NCBI RefSeq assembly: GCF_046105845.1
Contig: NZ_CP151004.1
DNA: 64,000 nt
DNA from: Escherichia coli
GTDB taxonomy: Bacteria > Pseudomonadota > Gammaproteobacteria > Enterobacterales > Enterobacteriaceae
Strand: one strand, 5' to 3'
Part shown: piece after piece, positions 1 through 10,733 of the stretch
Layout of the letters: each line of letters starts with the position of its first letter
Numbering within the stretch: the stretch's first letter is position 1
Translations under genes and position numbers: made by a program
Notes under the pieces: model-generated
The model's database searches: none
What the model was told of the DNA's origin: nothing
The model's input: the letters and a program-made list of their open reading frames with translations, nothing else

Positions 1-858
<858 letters not shown>

Positions 859-908
859 TTATTTAAGCACTTGATAAATTTGGAAATATTAATTTTCGGA
901 GAACCCGT

Positions 909-2372
909 ATGTCTTTAGCAAAAGATAATATATGGAAACTATTGGCCCCACTGGTGGTGATGGGCGTCATGTTTCTTATCCCTGTCCCCGACGGTATGCC
1001 ACCGCAGGCATGGCATTACTTCGCTGTGTTTGTGGCAATGATTGTCGGCATGATCCTTGAGCCAATTCCGGCAACAGCGATCAGTTTTATTGCGGTTACT
1101 ATTTGCGTTATTGGCAGTAATTACCTGCTCTTTGATGCCAAAGAATTAGCTGACCCAGCGTTTAATGCGCAAAAACAGGCGCTGAAATGGGGTCTGGCTG
1201 GTTTTTCCAGCACCACGGTATGGCTGGTATTTGGCGCATTTATTTTTGCATTAGGGTATGAAGTTTCCGGGTTAGGTCGTCGCATTGCCCTTTTCCTGGT
1301 GAAATTCATGGGCAAACGCACGCTGACGTTGGGTTATGCGATTGTCATTATCGACATTCTGCTGGCACCGTTTACACCGTCCAACACCGCGCGTACTGGC
1401 GGGACCGTTTTTCCGGTCATTAAAAACCTGCCGCCGTTATTTAAATCATTCCCCAACGATCCGTCTTCCCGTCGCATTGGTGGTTATTTGATGTGGATGA
1501 TGGTCATTAGTACCAGTCTGAGTTCTTCCATGTTTGTCACCGGTGCGGCACCAAACGTGCTGGGTCTGGAGTTCGTCAGCAAAATTGCCGGTATCCAGAT
1601 TAGCTGGTTGCAGTGGTTCCTCTGCTTCCTGCCGGTTGGGGTTATCTTGCTTATCATTGCGCCGTGGCTTTCCTACGTGCTGTACAAACCGGAAATCACA
1701 CACAGTGAAGAAGTGGCAACCTGGGCGGGTGATGAACTAAAAACCATGGGTGCGCTGACACGCAGAGAGTGGACGCTGATTGGCCTTGTATTGCTCAGCT
1801 TAGGTTTGTGGGTATTTGGCAGTGAAGTCATTAATGCTACTGCGGTAGGTCTGCTGGCAGTTTCGCTAATGCTGGCCCTGCACGTTGTGCCGTGGAAAGA
1901 CATTACCCGCTATAACAGCGCATGGAACACGCTGGTCAACCTGGCAACTCTGGTTGTGATGGCTAACGGCCTGACTCGTTCTGGTTTTATTGACTGGTTC
2001 GCTGATACCATGAGTACGCACCTGGAAGGATTCTCACCAAACGCAACGGTGATTGTACTGGTTCTGGTGTTCTACTTTGCACACTACCTGTTTGCCAGCC
2101 TGTCTGCGCACACCGCAACCATGCTGCCGGTTATTCTGGCCGTCGGTAAAGGTATTCCGGGCGTACCAATGGAACAACTGTGTATCCTGCTGGTGCTGTC
2201 TATCGGTATCATGGGCTGTCTGACGCCGTATGCAACCGGTCCTGGGGTGATTATTTACGGCTGTGGCTATGTGAAATCAAAAGATTACTGGCGACTTGGT
2301 GCAATCTTCGGGGTGATTTACATCTCTATGCTGCTGTTGGTTGGCTGGCCGATTCTCGCCATGTGGAACTAA
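909..2372 (+). CDS. citT: Citrate/succinate antiporter CitT
   Basis: 487 aa polytopic membrane protein ORF, recognised as CitT; synteny citG-citT-rna. Confidence 0.9.
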   Translation: MSLAKDNIWKLLAPLVVMGVMFLIPVPDGMPPQAWHYFAVFVAMIVGMILEPIPATAISFIAVTICVIGSNYLLFDAKELADPAFNAQKQALKWGLAGFSSTTVWLVFGAFIFALGYEVSGLGRRIALFLVKFMGKRTLTLGYAIVIIDILLAPFTPSNTARTGGTVFPVIKNLPPLFKSFPNDPSSRRIGGYLMWMMVISTSLSSSMFVTGAAPNVLGLEFVSKIAGIQISWLQWFLCFLPVGVILLIIAPWLSYVLYKPEITHSEEVATWAGDELKTMGALTRREWTLIGLVLLSLGLWVFGSEVINATAVGLLAVSLMLALHVVPWKDITRYNSAWNTLVNLATLVVMANGLTRSGFIDWFADTMSTHLEGFSPNATVIVLVLVFYFAHYLFASLSAHTATMLPVILAVGKGIPGVPMEQLCILLVLSIGIMGCLTPYATGPGVIIYGCGYVKSKDYWRLGAIFGVIYISMLLLVGWPILAMWN

Positions 2373-2403
2373 TACGTTCGCCAAACGCTGAATAAATCAT
2401 CAC

Positions 2404-2437
2404 GCCCGCCAGGTAAGCCCACCTGGCGGGCTTTTTT
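2404..2437 (+). terminator. Rho-independent terminator downstream of citT
   Basis: Inverted repeat gcccgccagg / cctggcgggc followed by a T-run, directly after the citT stop codon. Confidence 0.7.
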
Positions 2438-2485
2438 ATGATTTAATAGATAGTATTCAGTATATGTATGAGTTCCACACCCATT

Positions 2486-3292
2486 ATGAAAGCATTCTGG
2501 CGTAACGCCGCGTTGCTCGCGGTTTCTCTGCTTCCCTTCTCTTCTGCCAACGCCGTGGCGTTGCAGGCAAAACAGTATGGCGATTTTGATCGCTATGTCC
2601 TGGCCCTCTCCTGGCAAACCGGATTTTGCCAGAGTCAACACGATCGAAATCGTAACGAACGAGATGAATGTCGCCTGCAAACCGAAACGACCAACAAAGC
2701 TGATTTTCTGACCGTACATGGTCTGTGGCCAGGATTGCCTAAATCGGTTGCTGCCCGTGGTGTTGATGAACGCCGCTGGATGCGCTTCGGTTGCGCTACT
2801 CGCCCAATCCCGAATCTGCCAGAAGCACGCGCCAGCCGGATGTGTTCATCGCCGGAAACCGGGTTATCACTGGAAACGGCAGCTAAACTAAGTGAAGTCA
2901 TGCCAGGAGCTGGCGGACGTTCCTGCCTGGAACGCTACGAATATGCCAAACACGGTGCCTGCTTTGGTTTTGATCCAGACGCATACTTCGGCACGATGGT
3001 ACGCCTGAATCAAGAAATTAAAGAGAGCGAAGCCGGAAAATTCCTTGCGGATAACTACGGTAAAACAGTGAGCCGCCGTGACTTTGACGCCGCCTTTGCC
3101 AAAAGCTGGGGAAAAGAGAACGTGAAAGCAGTTAAGCTAACATGCCAGGGTAACCCTGCGTATTTGACTGAAATTCAGATCTCGATCAAAGCTGACGCCA
3201 TCAACGCTCCGCTTTCTGCCAACTCATTCTTGCCACAACCACACCCAGGCAACTGTGGCAAAACCTTTGTGATTGATAAAGCAGGTTATTAA
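2486..3292 (+). CDS. rna: Periplasmic ribonuclease I
   Basis: ORF 2468..3292; chosen start at the MKAFWRNAALLAVSLLPFSSANA signal peptide gives 268 aa, matching RNase I as recalled. Confidence 0.9.
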   Translation: MKAFWRNAALLAVSLLPFSSANAVALQAKQYGDFDRYVLALSWQTGFCQSQHDRNRNERDECRLQTETTNKADFLTVHGLWPGLPKSVAARGVDERRWMRFGCATRPIPNLPEARASRMCSSPETGLSLETAAKLSEVMPGAGGRSCLERYEYAKHGACFGFDPDAYFGTMVRLNQEIKESEAGKFLADNYGKTVSRRDFDAAFAKSWGKENVKAVKLTCQGNPAYLTEIQISIKADAINAPLSANSFLPQPHPGNCGKTFVIDKAGY

Positions 3293-3440
3293 TCCTCTGA
3301 TTTACAAAAGACGCTAATTCGTCTTCCATAAACCATGACGATTAAGATTTATACATAATGCGCTGCATTGAGGAATTCCCTGAATGTGACGCAAATCACT
3401 TCAAAGAGTGAGCAACAGTCAGTATCATCATGTGAGTTAA

Positions 3441-3474
3441 ACCCTCGCCGCCTGACGGTGAGGGTTTTCTTTTG
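3441..3474 (+). terminator. Candidate rho-independent terminator in the rna-rnk spacer
   Basis: Imperfect hairpin accctcgccg / cggtgagggt followed by tttcttttg, about 150 nt downstream of the rna stop. Confidence 0.5.
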
Positions 3475-3521
3475 GGTATGTTTATCTGCGACACTCGCAG
3501 TACCGACGACATGGAGTAAAA

Positions 3522-3932
3522 ATGTCCAGACCAACTATCATCATTAACGACCTGGATGCCGAACGCATCGATATTCTGCTGGAGCAACCCGCCTATGCTG
3601 GTTTGCCAATCGCCGACGCGTTAAACGCAGAGTTGGATCGCGCCCAAATGTGTTCGCCAGAAGAGATGCCACACGACGTGGTGACAATGAACAGCCGGGT
3701 TAAATTCCGCAATCTTAGCGATGGCGAAGTGCGTGTGCGCACGCTGGTGTATCCGGCAAAAATGACCGACAGCAATACTCAGCTTTCCGTTATGGCTCCG
3801 GTAGGTGCCGCACTGCTGGGGCTGCGCGTTGGCGATTCCATTCACTGGGAACTTCCGGGCGGCGTTGCAACCCACCTTGAAGTGCTGGAACTCGAATACC
3901 AGCCAGAAGCTGCTGGCGACTACCTGCTTTAA
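3522..3932 (+). CDS. rnk: Regulator of nucleoside diphosphate kinase Rnk (GreA/GreB-like)
   Basis: 136 aa ORF recognised as Rnk; synteny. Confidence 0.9.
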
Positions 3933-3965
3933 TCCCATCTGCACAAGCGATAACTCGCTTTGCCC

Positions 3966-3987
3966 AGAGGATGCACTCGCATCCTCT
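3966..3987 (+). terminator. Hairpin downstream of rnk (candidate terminator)
   Basis: Perfect 9-bp stem agaggatgc / gcatcctct with a 4-nt loop, about 35 nt after the rnk stop; the U-tract is weak. Confidence 0.45.
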
Positions 3988-4074
3988 TTCCGCTCAAATA
4001 TCAACCAGATTTATCATTTTGCTCTTAAGCGCAGCATTCTAATCTGAACTGGTTATTCATCTGCGGAACCTCAT

Positions 4075-4164
4075 ATGAGCGAAGCTCTCGGTATCACTGC
4101 ATTTTATATATTCATAGCCGCAATTATTGTTGCTGCAGTGCTATACCTTGAACAACGCTGGTAG
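4075..4164 (+). CDS. Candidate small hydrophobic protein (29 aa, MSEALGITAFYIFIAAIIVAAVLYLEQRW), hypothetical
   Basis: ATG-initiated 30-codon frame in the rnk-uspG spacer encoding one predicted transmembrane helix; weak GGAA upstream; contains rare ata and cta codons. Sequence-only prediction. Confidence 0.25.
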   Translation: MSEALGITAFYIFIAAIIVAAVLYLEQRW

Positions 4165-4287
4165 CGCCTGGTTTTATTTATTTTCCAGCTCAATAGCAAA
4201 TTCAGATCAAATCAGCCTCGCAAATCATAGATTCATAACCAATAATGTGCTGTTATGTATACATGCAAAAACAAGGAGAGAATGCTT

Positions 4288-4716
4288 ATGTACAAAACAA
4301 TCATCATGCCAGTTGATGTATTTGAAATGGAATTGAGCGACAAAGCGGTTCGCCACGCTGAATTCCTCGCCCAGGATGACGGAGTTATTCATCTACTTCA
4401 CGTACTACCGGGGTCAGCCAGCCTGAGCCTGCACCGTTTTGCCGCTGATGTACGTCGTTTTGAAGAGCATCTGCAACATGAAGCAGAAGAACGTTTGCAA
4501 ACGATGGTCAGCCACTTCACCATCGATCCTTCCCGCATTAAACAACATGTCCGTTTTGGTAGCGTGCGGGATGAAGTTAACGAGTTAGCGAAAGAACTTG
4601 ATGCAGATGTAGTAGTGATTGGTTCGCGTAACCCATCAATTTCAACTCATCTGTTGGGTTCTAACGCCTCGAGCGTGATCCGCCACGCCAATTTGCCGGT
4701 GCTGGTTGTGCGTTAA
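4288..4716 (+). CDS. uspG: Universal stress protein G
   Basis: ORF 4255..4716; start chosen at [11 protein letters not shown] to give 142 aa matching UspG as recalled. Confidence 0.9.
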   Translation: MYKTIIMPVDVFEMELSDKAVRHAEFLAQDDGVIHLLHVLPGSASLSLHRFAADVRRFEEHLQHEAEERLQTMVSHFTIDPSRIKQHVRFGSVRDEVNELAKELDADVVVIGSRNPSISTHLLGSNASSVIRHANLPVLVVR

Positions 4717-4774
4717 TTGCCAGAATAAGTATCCCGCCCTGCCCGGAGCCATCCCGGCGGGGCTTTTTATTGCC

Positions 4775-4807
4775 ATAAAAAAGCCGCCAGGTTTGACCCC
4801 GGCGGCT
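4775..4807 (-). terminator. Rho-independent terminator downstream of ahpF
   Basis: Stem agccgcc / ggcggct with a 12-nt loop; on the minus strand it is followed by a U-tract (plus-strand ataaaaa). A second structured GC-rich hairpin plus T-run around 4732..4771 probably terminates uspG on the plus strand. Confidence 0.6.
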
Positions 4808-4836
4808 AAGCAATTGCAGGTGAATCTTACTTCTTC

Positions 4837-6402
4837 TTATGCTGTTTTGGTGCGAATCAGGTAGTCAAAAGCACTCAGAGAGGCTTTGGCACCTTCGCCA
4901 GTGGCGATGATGATCTGCTTGTACGGAACCGTTGTACAGTCACCCGCTGCGAACACGCCTTTCACGTTGGTTTCGCATTTCGCATCAATGATAATCTCGC
5001 CCATGCGGTTACGTTCGACTGCGCCTTCGAGCCAGTTGGTGTTCGGCAGCAGACCAATCTGCACGAAAATACCGGCCAGTTCGATGTTGTGAATATCGCC
5101 GCTGACACGATCTCGATATTCCAGACCAATGACTTTGCTGCCGTCGCCTTTCACTTCCGTAGTTTGCGCATTCAGAATAATGTCGACGTTTTTCAGGCTG
5201 CGCAGTTTGTCCTGCAGAACCTGGTCGGCTTTCATTTCTGGCGCAAATTCCAGCAGCGTTACGTGCTCAACGATACCCGCCAGGTCGATTGCCGCTTCCA
5301 CGCCGGAGTTACCGCCGCCGATAACCGCTACGCGTTTGCCTTTAAACAGCGGGCCGTCGCAGTGCGGGCAGTAGGTCACGCCTTTGGTGCGATACTGATC
5401 TTCGCCCGGAACGTTCATGTTGCGCCATTTTGCACCGGTCGCCACGATAATGCTGCGTGCTTTCAGTACCGCGCCAGAAGCTGTTTCAATCTGATGCAGA
5501 CCACCTTCAACCGCTGCCGGGATCAGTTTGCTGGCGCTCTGGCTGTCGATCACATCAACGTCGTATTCATCAACGTGAACTTTCAGCGCTCCTGCCAGCT
5601 TCTGCCCTTCAGTCTTCGGTACAGAAATGTAGTTTTCGATATCAACGGTATCGAGGATCTGACCACCAAAACGTTCGCCCATCAGACCAGTACGGATGCC
5701 TTTACGTGCGGAGTAAATTGCTGCCGCTGCACCCGCTGGGCCGGAACCGACGATTAATACGTCATAAGCATCACGCTTGTTCAGCTCTTCTGCCGCACGT
5801 TTTTCCGCGCCAGTATCAATTTTGGCGACGATTTCAGTCAACGTCATGCGACCCTGACCAAACTCTTTCCCGTTTACGAATACTGCCGGAACGCCCATCA
5901 CGTTGCGATCGGTGATTTCGTTCTGGAAGGTACCTCCGTCAATTGCAGTGTGCTTGATGCGCGGGTTCAGTACGCTCATCAGGTTCAGCGCCTGCACCAC
6001 ATCCGGGCAGTTGTGGCAAGAGAGCGAGTAATAGGTTTCGAATTCAAAATCACCGTCAATATGGCGAATCTGCTCCAGCAGAGACTGCGCTTCTTTCGAC
6101 GGATGACCACCGGTCCACAACAACGCCAGTACCAGCGAGGTAAACTCGTGGCCCAGCGGGGAACCTGCAAAACGTGGCCCCTGGTTAGAACCTGGGTTAG
6201 TGATCAGGAAAGACGGCTTACGCACCGGCAAGCTGTTATCTTCTTTAAAGGTGACTTTGTCTGACAGTTCTGCGATTTCAGCCAACAGTTCCTTGATTTC
6301 TGCCGATTTAGCGCTGTCATCCAGCGTGGCAATTAACTCAACAGGCTTGGTCAATTTCTCAAGGTAAGCCTTGAGTTGAGTTTTCATATTTGTGTCGAGC
6401 AT
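4837..6402 (-). CDS. ahpF: Alkyl hydroperoxide reductase subunit F
   Basis: ORF 4837..6432; start trimmed to MLDTNMKTQ to give 521 aa; two CxxC motifs are visible in the translation. Confidence 0.93.
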   Translation of the reverse strand: MLDTNMKTQLKAYLEKLTKPVELIATLDDSAKSAEIKELLAEIAELSDKVTFKEDNSLPVRKPSFLITNPGSNQGPRFAGSPLGHEFTSLVLALLWTGGHPSKEAQSLLEQIRHIDGDFEFETYYSLSCHNCPDVVQALNLMSVLNPRIKHTAIDGGTFQNEITDRNVMGVPAVFVNGKEFGQGRMTLTEIVAKIDTGAEKRAAEELNKRDAYDVLIVGSGPAGAAAAIYSARKGIRTGLMGERFGGQILDTVDIENYISVPKTEGQKLAGALKVHVDEYDVDVIDSQSASKLIPAAVEGGLHQIETASGAVLKARSIIVATGAKWRNMNVPGEDQYRTKGVTYCPHCDGPLFKGKRVAVIGGGNSGVEAAIDLAGIVEHVTLLEFAPEMKADQVLQDKLRSLKNVDIILNAQTTEVKGDGSKVIGLEYRDRVSGDIHNIELAGIFVQIGLLPNTNWLEGAVERNRMGEIIIDAKCETNVKGVFAAGDCTTVPYKQIIIATGEGAKASLSAFDYLIRTKTA

Positions 6403-6572
6403 GTTTATCTCCTGGGCTTTAAACATCATCATGCAAGCGGCCTCTGCGGCTACCTGGATGCAGCTTGCATCATGGTGCGGGGAAGAAAATCGGGTGCCGC
6501 AGCACCCGAAGAATTAGGTGAATTTCCGAAGTATTTCGCGCCGGAGTTGGTAGCGCGAAAGACGAAGGAAAT

Positions 6573-7136
6573 TTAGATTTTACCAACCAGGTCCAGAGAC
6601 GGAGCCAGAGTTGCTTCACCTTCTTTCCATTTAGCCGGGCAAACTTCACCTGGGTGAGAAGCTACGTACTGTGCTGCTTTGATTTTACGCAGCAGGTCAG
6701 ACGCGTCACGGCCAATGCCTTCAGCGGTAACTTCGATTGCCTGGATGATACCCTGCGGGTCAACAACGAAGGTCGCACGGTCAGCCAGACCTTCATCTTC
6801 ACGCATGTTGTCGAAGTTACGGGTCAGGGCGCCAGTCGGGTCGCCGATCATCGCATATTTGATTTTAGCGATGGTTTCAGAGCTGCTGTGCCATGCTTTG
6901 TGGGTGAAATGAGTATCGGTAGATACTGCGTATACGTCTACGCCCAGTTTCTGCAGTTCTTCGTAGTGGTCAGCAACGTCACCCAGTTCGGTCGGGCATA
7001 CGAAAGTAAAGTCAGCCGGGTAGAAGAAGAAGACGCTCCAGCGGCCTTCGGTATCTTTTTCGGTGATTTCGATGAATTCGCCGTTTTTGAATGCCTGGTT
7101 TTTAAAAGGTTTAATTTTGGTGTTAATCAAGGACAT
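6573..7136 (-). CDS. ahpC: Alkyl hydroperoxide reductase subunit C (peroxiredoxin)
   Basis: 187 aa ORF recognised as AhpC; followed by ahpF. Confidence 0.95.
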   Translation of the reverse strand: MSLINTKIKPFKNQAFKNGEFIEITEKDTEGRWSVFFFYPADFTFVCPTELGDVADHYEELQKLGVDVYAVSTDTHFTHKAWHSSSETIAKIKYAMIGDPTGALTRNFDNMREDEGLADRATFVVDPQGIIQAIEVTAEGIGRDASDLLRKIKAAQYVASHPGEVCPAKWKEGEATLAPSLDLVGKI

Positions 7137-7507
7137 CTATACTTCCTCCGTGTTTTCGATGAGATGTAAGGTAACCAATTTTTGCCGATTCGGCTAATGC
7201 GTTTCCATTATCAAATCGATAAGTTTTACCTTACAACCTTCGTAAGACAACTTTGTGAACTTTGCACCGCCAGCGGCGATAAAAAGTAAAATGGCCCCCT
7301 TTCCAGGTGACCGTGTAATCTGAACTACCCTTTGGTATCTTCAGCGCCTGCCTGCAGGCTGAGGTGTTGCCCTTACAAATGCAACAACGACATGGATTAC
7401 AACACCCTCATAAACAAAGGGCAATCACCTGATCTAAGCTCTTACCTATGACAGTGATAGGTTATGCCTTTTACTCGACTTTTGCACTGACTGAAAAGGA
7501 CAAATTA
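7137..7507. promoter_or_regulatory. Divergent ahpC / dsbG control region (OxyR-regulated promoters expected here)
   Basis: Intergenic region between the divergently oriented ahpC and dsbG; OxyR control of ahpCF and dsbG is established knowledge. The exact operator was not mapped from the sequence. Confidence 0.4.
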
Positions 7508-8254
7508 ATGTTAAAAAAGATACTTTTACTGGCTCTGCTTCCTGCAATCGCCTTCGCAGAGGAACTTCCTGATCCAGTAAAAGCGATTGAAAAACAGGGC
7601 ATTACAATCATCAAAACGTTCGATGCTCCCGGAGGAATGAAAGGTTATCTCGGCAAGTATCAGGATATGGGCGTCACCATCTACCTGACTCCAGATGGTA
7701 AGCACGCTATCTCTGGTTACATGTACAACGAGAAAGGTGAAAACCTGAGTAACACACTTATCGAAAAAGAAATTTACGCACCAGCCGGACGCGAAATGTG
7801 GCAACGGATGGAACAATCCCACTGGCTCCTCGACGGTAAAAAAGACGCGCCGGTCATTGTCTACGTCTTCGCCGATCCGTTCTGCCCATATTGTAAACAG
7901 TTCTGGCAGCAGGCTCGTCCGTGGGTAGATTCTGGCAAAGTGCAATTAAGAACATTGTTGGTTGGGGTTATCAAACCAGAAAGCCCGGCGACAGCAGCGG
8001 CAATTCTTGCCTCCAAAGATCCCGCAAAAACCTGGCAAGAATATGAAGCCTCTGGTGGCAAGCTTAAGCTAAACGTGCCTGCAAACGTAAGTACAGAGCA
8101 AATGAAAGTGTTAAGCGACAACGAGAAACTCATGGACGATCTGGGGGCAAATGTCACACCAGCTATCTATTACATGAGTAAGGAGAATACGCTGCAACAG
8201 GCCGTGGGGTTGCCCGATCAGAAAACGCTTAATATCATTATGGGGAATAAATAA
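7508..8254 (+). CDS. dsbG: Periplasmic disulfide isomerase/chaperone DsbG
   Basis: ORF 7448..8254; start chosen at the [17 protein letters not shown] signal peptide (248 aa); CPYC active-site motif is present. Confidence 0.9.
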   Translation: MLKKILLLALLPAIAFAEELPDPVKAIEKQGITIIKTFDAPGGMKGYLGKYQDMGVTIYLTPDGKHAISGYMYNEKGENLSNTLIEKEIYAPAGREMWQRMEQSHWLLDGKKDAPVIVYVFADPFCPYCKQFWQQARPWVDSGKVQLRTLLVGVIKPESPATAAAILASKDPAKTWQEYEASGGKLKLNVPANVSTEQMKVLSDNEKLMDDLGANVTPAIYYMSKENTLQQAVGLPDQKTLNIIMGNK

Positions 8255-8266
8255 AAGGTAATTCAT

Positions 8267-8302
8267 GGATGGTTGAACTATATCCCTGCTTTTCAACCAT
8301 CC
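8267..8302 (+). terminator. Strong hairpin downstream of dsbG (candidate terminator or boundary element)
   Basis: Perfect 11-bp inverted repeat ggatggttgaa / ttcaaccatcc with a 14-nt loop, 13 nt after the dsbG stop; no clear U-tract. Confidence 0.4.
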
Positions 8303-8463
8303 TAAAAAAGCATGAATTGCTCGCTCTGCCCTAAGTGGCTGTGCTATTTTAGTAAAACTTAATCCTGAGTTAAGCAAAAAAAAATAATCAATAAAAATAT
8401 ATACGCAAAAAAACATTGATTAAGTGAATATATCATGGAAGAAAAATATAACCGGAGTAGTGT

Positions 8464-9366
8464 ATGGCCAATCTCTACGACTTGAAAAAGTTCGACTTAA
8501 ATCTTCTTGTCATATTTGAGTGTATTTATCAGCATTTAAGCATTAGCAAGGCTGCTGAATCACTATATATCACCCCGTCAGCCGTGAGCCAGTCGTTACA
8601 ACGCTTACGTGCGCAATTTAATGACCCTTTATTCATTCGCTCAGGAAAAGGTATCGCGCCGACGACGACAGGGTTAAATCTGCATCACCATCTTGAGAAA
8701 AATCTCAGAGGCCTTGAACAAACAATTAATATAGTCAATAAGTCCGAACTAAAGAAAAACTTTATTATCTACGGTCCTCAGCTCATTTCTTGCTCTAATA
8801 ATAGTATGCTGATCCGCTGCCTACGGCAAGATGCCTCTGTCGAGATTGAGTGCCATGATATCCTCATGTCAGCAGAGAATGCTGAAGAACTGTTGGTTCA
8901 CCGCAAAGCCGATCTGGTGATCACCCAAATGCCAGTGATCAGCCGTTCCGTCATTTGCATGCCATTGCATACAATTCGCAATACTCTAATTTGTAGTATT
9001 AAGCATCCGCGAATTACTGACAATAGCACTTATGAACAAATTATGGCAGAAGAGTTCACCCAATTAATATCCAAATCAGCAGGAGTTGATGATATTCAAA
9101 TGGAAATAGACGAGAAGTTTATGAATCGCAAAATTTCATTTCGTGGTTCCTCTTTGCTGACAATCATTAATAGCATTGCAGTTACAGATTTACTGGGAAT
9201 AGTCCCCTATGAACTTTATAACTCCCACCGTGACTTTCTTAATTTAAAAGAGATAAAACTAGAACATCCGTTACCTTCAATAAAGCTTTACATTTCCTAT
9301 AATAAATCTTCTTTAAACAATCTGGTGTTCTCACGATTTATTGACCGTCTAAATGAGTGTTTTTGA
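8464..9366 (+). CDS. ybdO: LysR-family transcriptional regulator YbdO
   Basis: 300 aa ORF with N-terminal helix-turn-helix typical of LysR regulators; the gene is visibly AT-rich; synteny dsbG-ybdO-ybdN. Confidence 0.85.
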   Translation: MANLYDLKKFDLNLLVIFECIYQHLSISKAAESLYITPSAVSQSLQRLRAQFNDPLFIRSGKGIAPTTTGLNLHHHLEKNLRGLEQTINIVNKSELKKNFIIYGPQLISCSNNSMLIRCLRQDASVEIECHDILMSAENAEELLVHRKADLVITQMPVISRSVICMPLHTIRNTLICSIKHPRITDNSTYEQIMAEEFTQLISKSAGVDDIQMEIDEKFMNRKISFRGSSLLTIINSIAVTDLLGIVPYELYNSHRDFLNLKEIKLEHPLPSIKLYISYNKSSLNNLVFSRFIDRLNECF

Positions 9367-9512
9367 TATATAACTTCAGACAGCTACTATAACTTTCACC
9401 TATTTATTCACAGCGCGAATGAAAAATAAAACACTCTGCTTTTCAGTGTTTACTTTATAATTAACAGTCTTATCTCACTGATCACCCTGTAACGTTCAGA
9501 GAGCGTCTTCAG

Positions 9513-10733
9513 ATGTCTATTTATAAAATTCCTCTTCCGCTCAATATTCTGGAAGCTGCAAAAGAACGTATTACCTGGACACTTAACACCCTACCCCGCG
9601 TTTGTGTCTCATTTTCTGGCGGCAAAGACTCTGGTTTAATGCTGCATCTGACAGCCGAACTTGCTCGACAAATGGGCAAAAAAATCTGTGTTTTGTTTAT
9701 CGACTGGGAGGCGCAATTCTCTTGCACCATTAACTATGTTCAGTCCCTGCGCGAGTTGTACACCGATGTGATCGAAGAGTTTTACTGGGTTGCGCTCCCG
9801 CTTACGACGCAAAATTCCCTTTCACAATACCAACCCGAATGGCAGTGCTGGGAACCTGATGTCGAATGGGTACGTCAGCCCCCGCAAGATGCGATAACCG
9901 ATCCTGACTTTTTCTCCTTTTACCAGCCTGGCATGACCTTCGAACAATTTGTGCGTGAGTTTGCCGAATGGTTTTCGCAAAAACGCCCGGCGGCGATGAT
10001 GATCGGCATCCGTGCGGATGAGTCCTACAACCGTTTTGTCGCCATCGCCAGTTTAAATAAACAACGTTTTGCCGACGATAAACCCTGGACTACGGCCGCA
10101 CCAGGCGGGCATAGCTGGTACATTTACCCCATTTACGACTGGAAAGTGGCTGATATCTGGACCTGGTATGCAAATCATCAAAGTCTCTGCAACCCACTGT
10201 ATAACCTAATGTATCAGGCAGGCGTTCCTCTGCGTCATATGCGAATTTGCGAACCTTTTGGCCCGGAGCAACGACAAGGATTATGGCTCTATCACGTTAT
10301 CGAACCGGATCGCTGGGCTGCTATGTGCGCACGAGTCAGCGGGGTAAAAAGTGGCGGCATTTACGCCGGACATGACAATCATTTTTATGGTCATCGGAAA
10401 ATCCTCAAGCCCGAACATTTAGACTGGCAGGAGTATGCATTATTGCTACTCAACAGCATGCCGGAGAAAACAGCTGAGCATTATCGCAATAAAATCGCCA
10501 TTTATTTGCACTGGTATCAGAAAAAAGGCATCGAGGTTCCACAAACCCAGCAAGGGGACATTGGCGCGAAAGATATCCCCTCCTGGCGGCGAATATGCAA
10601 AGTTTTACTCAATAACGATTACTGGTGTCGGGCATTATCATTTAGCCCGACCAAAGCGAAGAACTATCAGCGTTATAACGAACGAATAAAAGGAAAACGT
10701 CAGGAATGGGGGATACTATGCAACAACGATTAA
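9513..10733 (+). CDS. ybdN: PAPS-reductase-like (adenine nucleotide alpha-hydrolase) protein YbdN, function unknown
   Basis: 406 aa ORF; SGGKDS P-loop motif near the N-terminus; recognised as YbdN (IbrA-like). Confidence 0.85.
   Translation: MSIYKIPLPLNILEAAKERITWTLNTLPRVCVSFSGGKDSGLMLHLTAELARQMGKKICVLFIDWEAQFSCTINYVQSLRELYTDVIEEFYWVALPLTTQNSLSQYQPEWQCWEPDVEWVRQPPQDAITDPDFFSFYQPGMTFEQFVREFAEWFSQKRPAAMMIGIRADESYNRFVAIASLNKQRFADDKPWTTAAPGGHSWYIYPIYDWKVADIWTWYANHQSLCNPLYNLMYQAGVPLRHMRICEPFGPEQRQGLWLYHVIEPDRWAAMCARVSGVKSGGIYAGHDNHFYGHRKILKPEHLDWQEYALLLLNSMPEKTAEHYRNKIAIYLHWYQKKGIEVPQTQQGDIGAKDIPSWRRICKVLLNNDYWCRALSFSPTKAKNYQRYNERIKGKRQEWGILCNND

Noticed and set aside
5089-5757. 222 aa ORF on the plus strand inside ahpF, plus many similar 60-280 aa ORFs antisense to entF, entE, cusA, nfrA, cstA and others
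   Set aside because: They lie entirely within, and antisense to, well-supported conserved genes and have no independent start-site context; long antisense frames like these are typical of GC-rich coding DNA.
8111-8416. 101 aa minus-strand ORF in the AT-rich dsbG-ybdO spacer
   Set aside because: Low-complexity AT-rich translation with no ribosome-binding site; AT-rich DNA generates spurious open frames and the region is better explained as the ybdO promoter.
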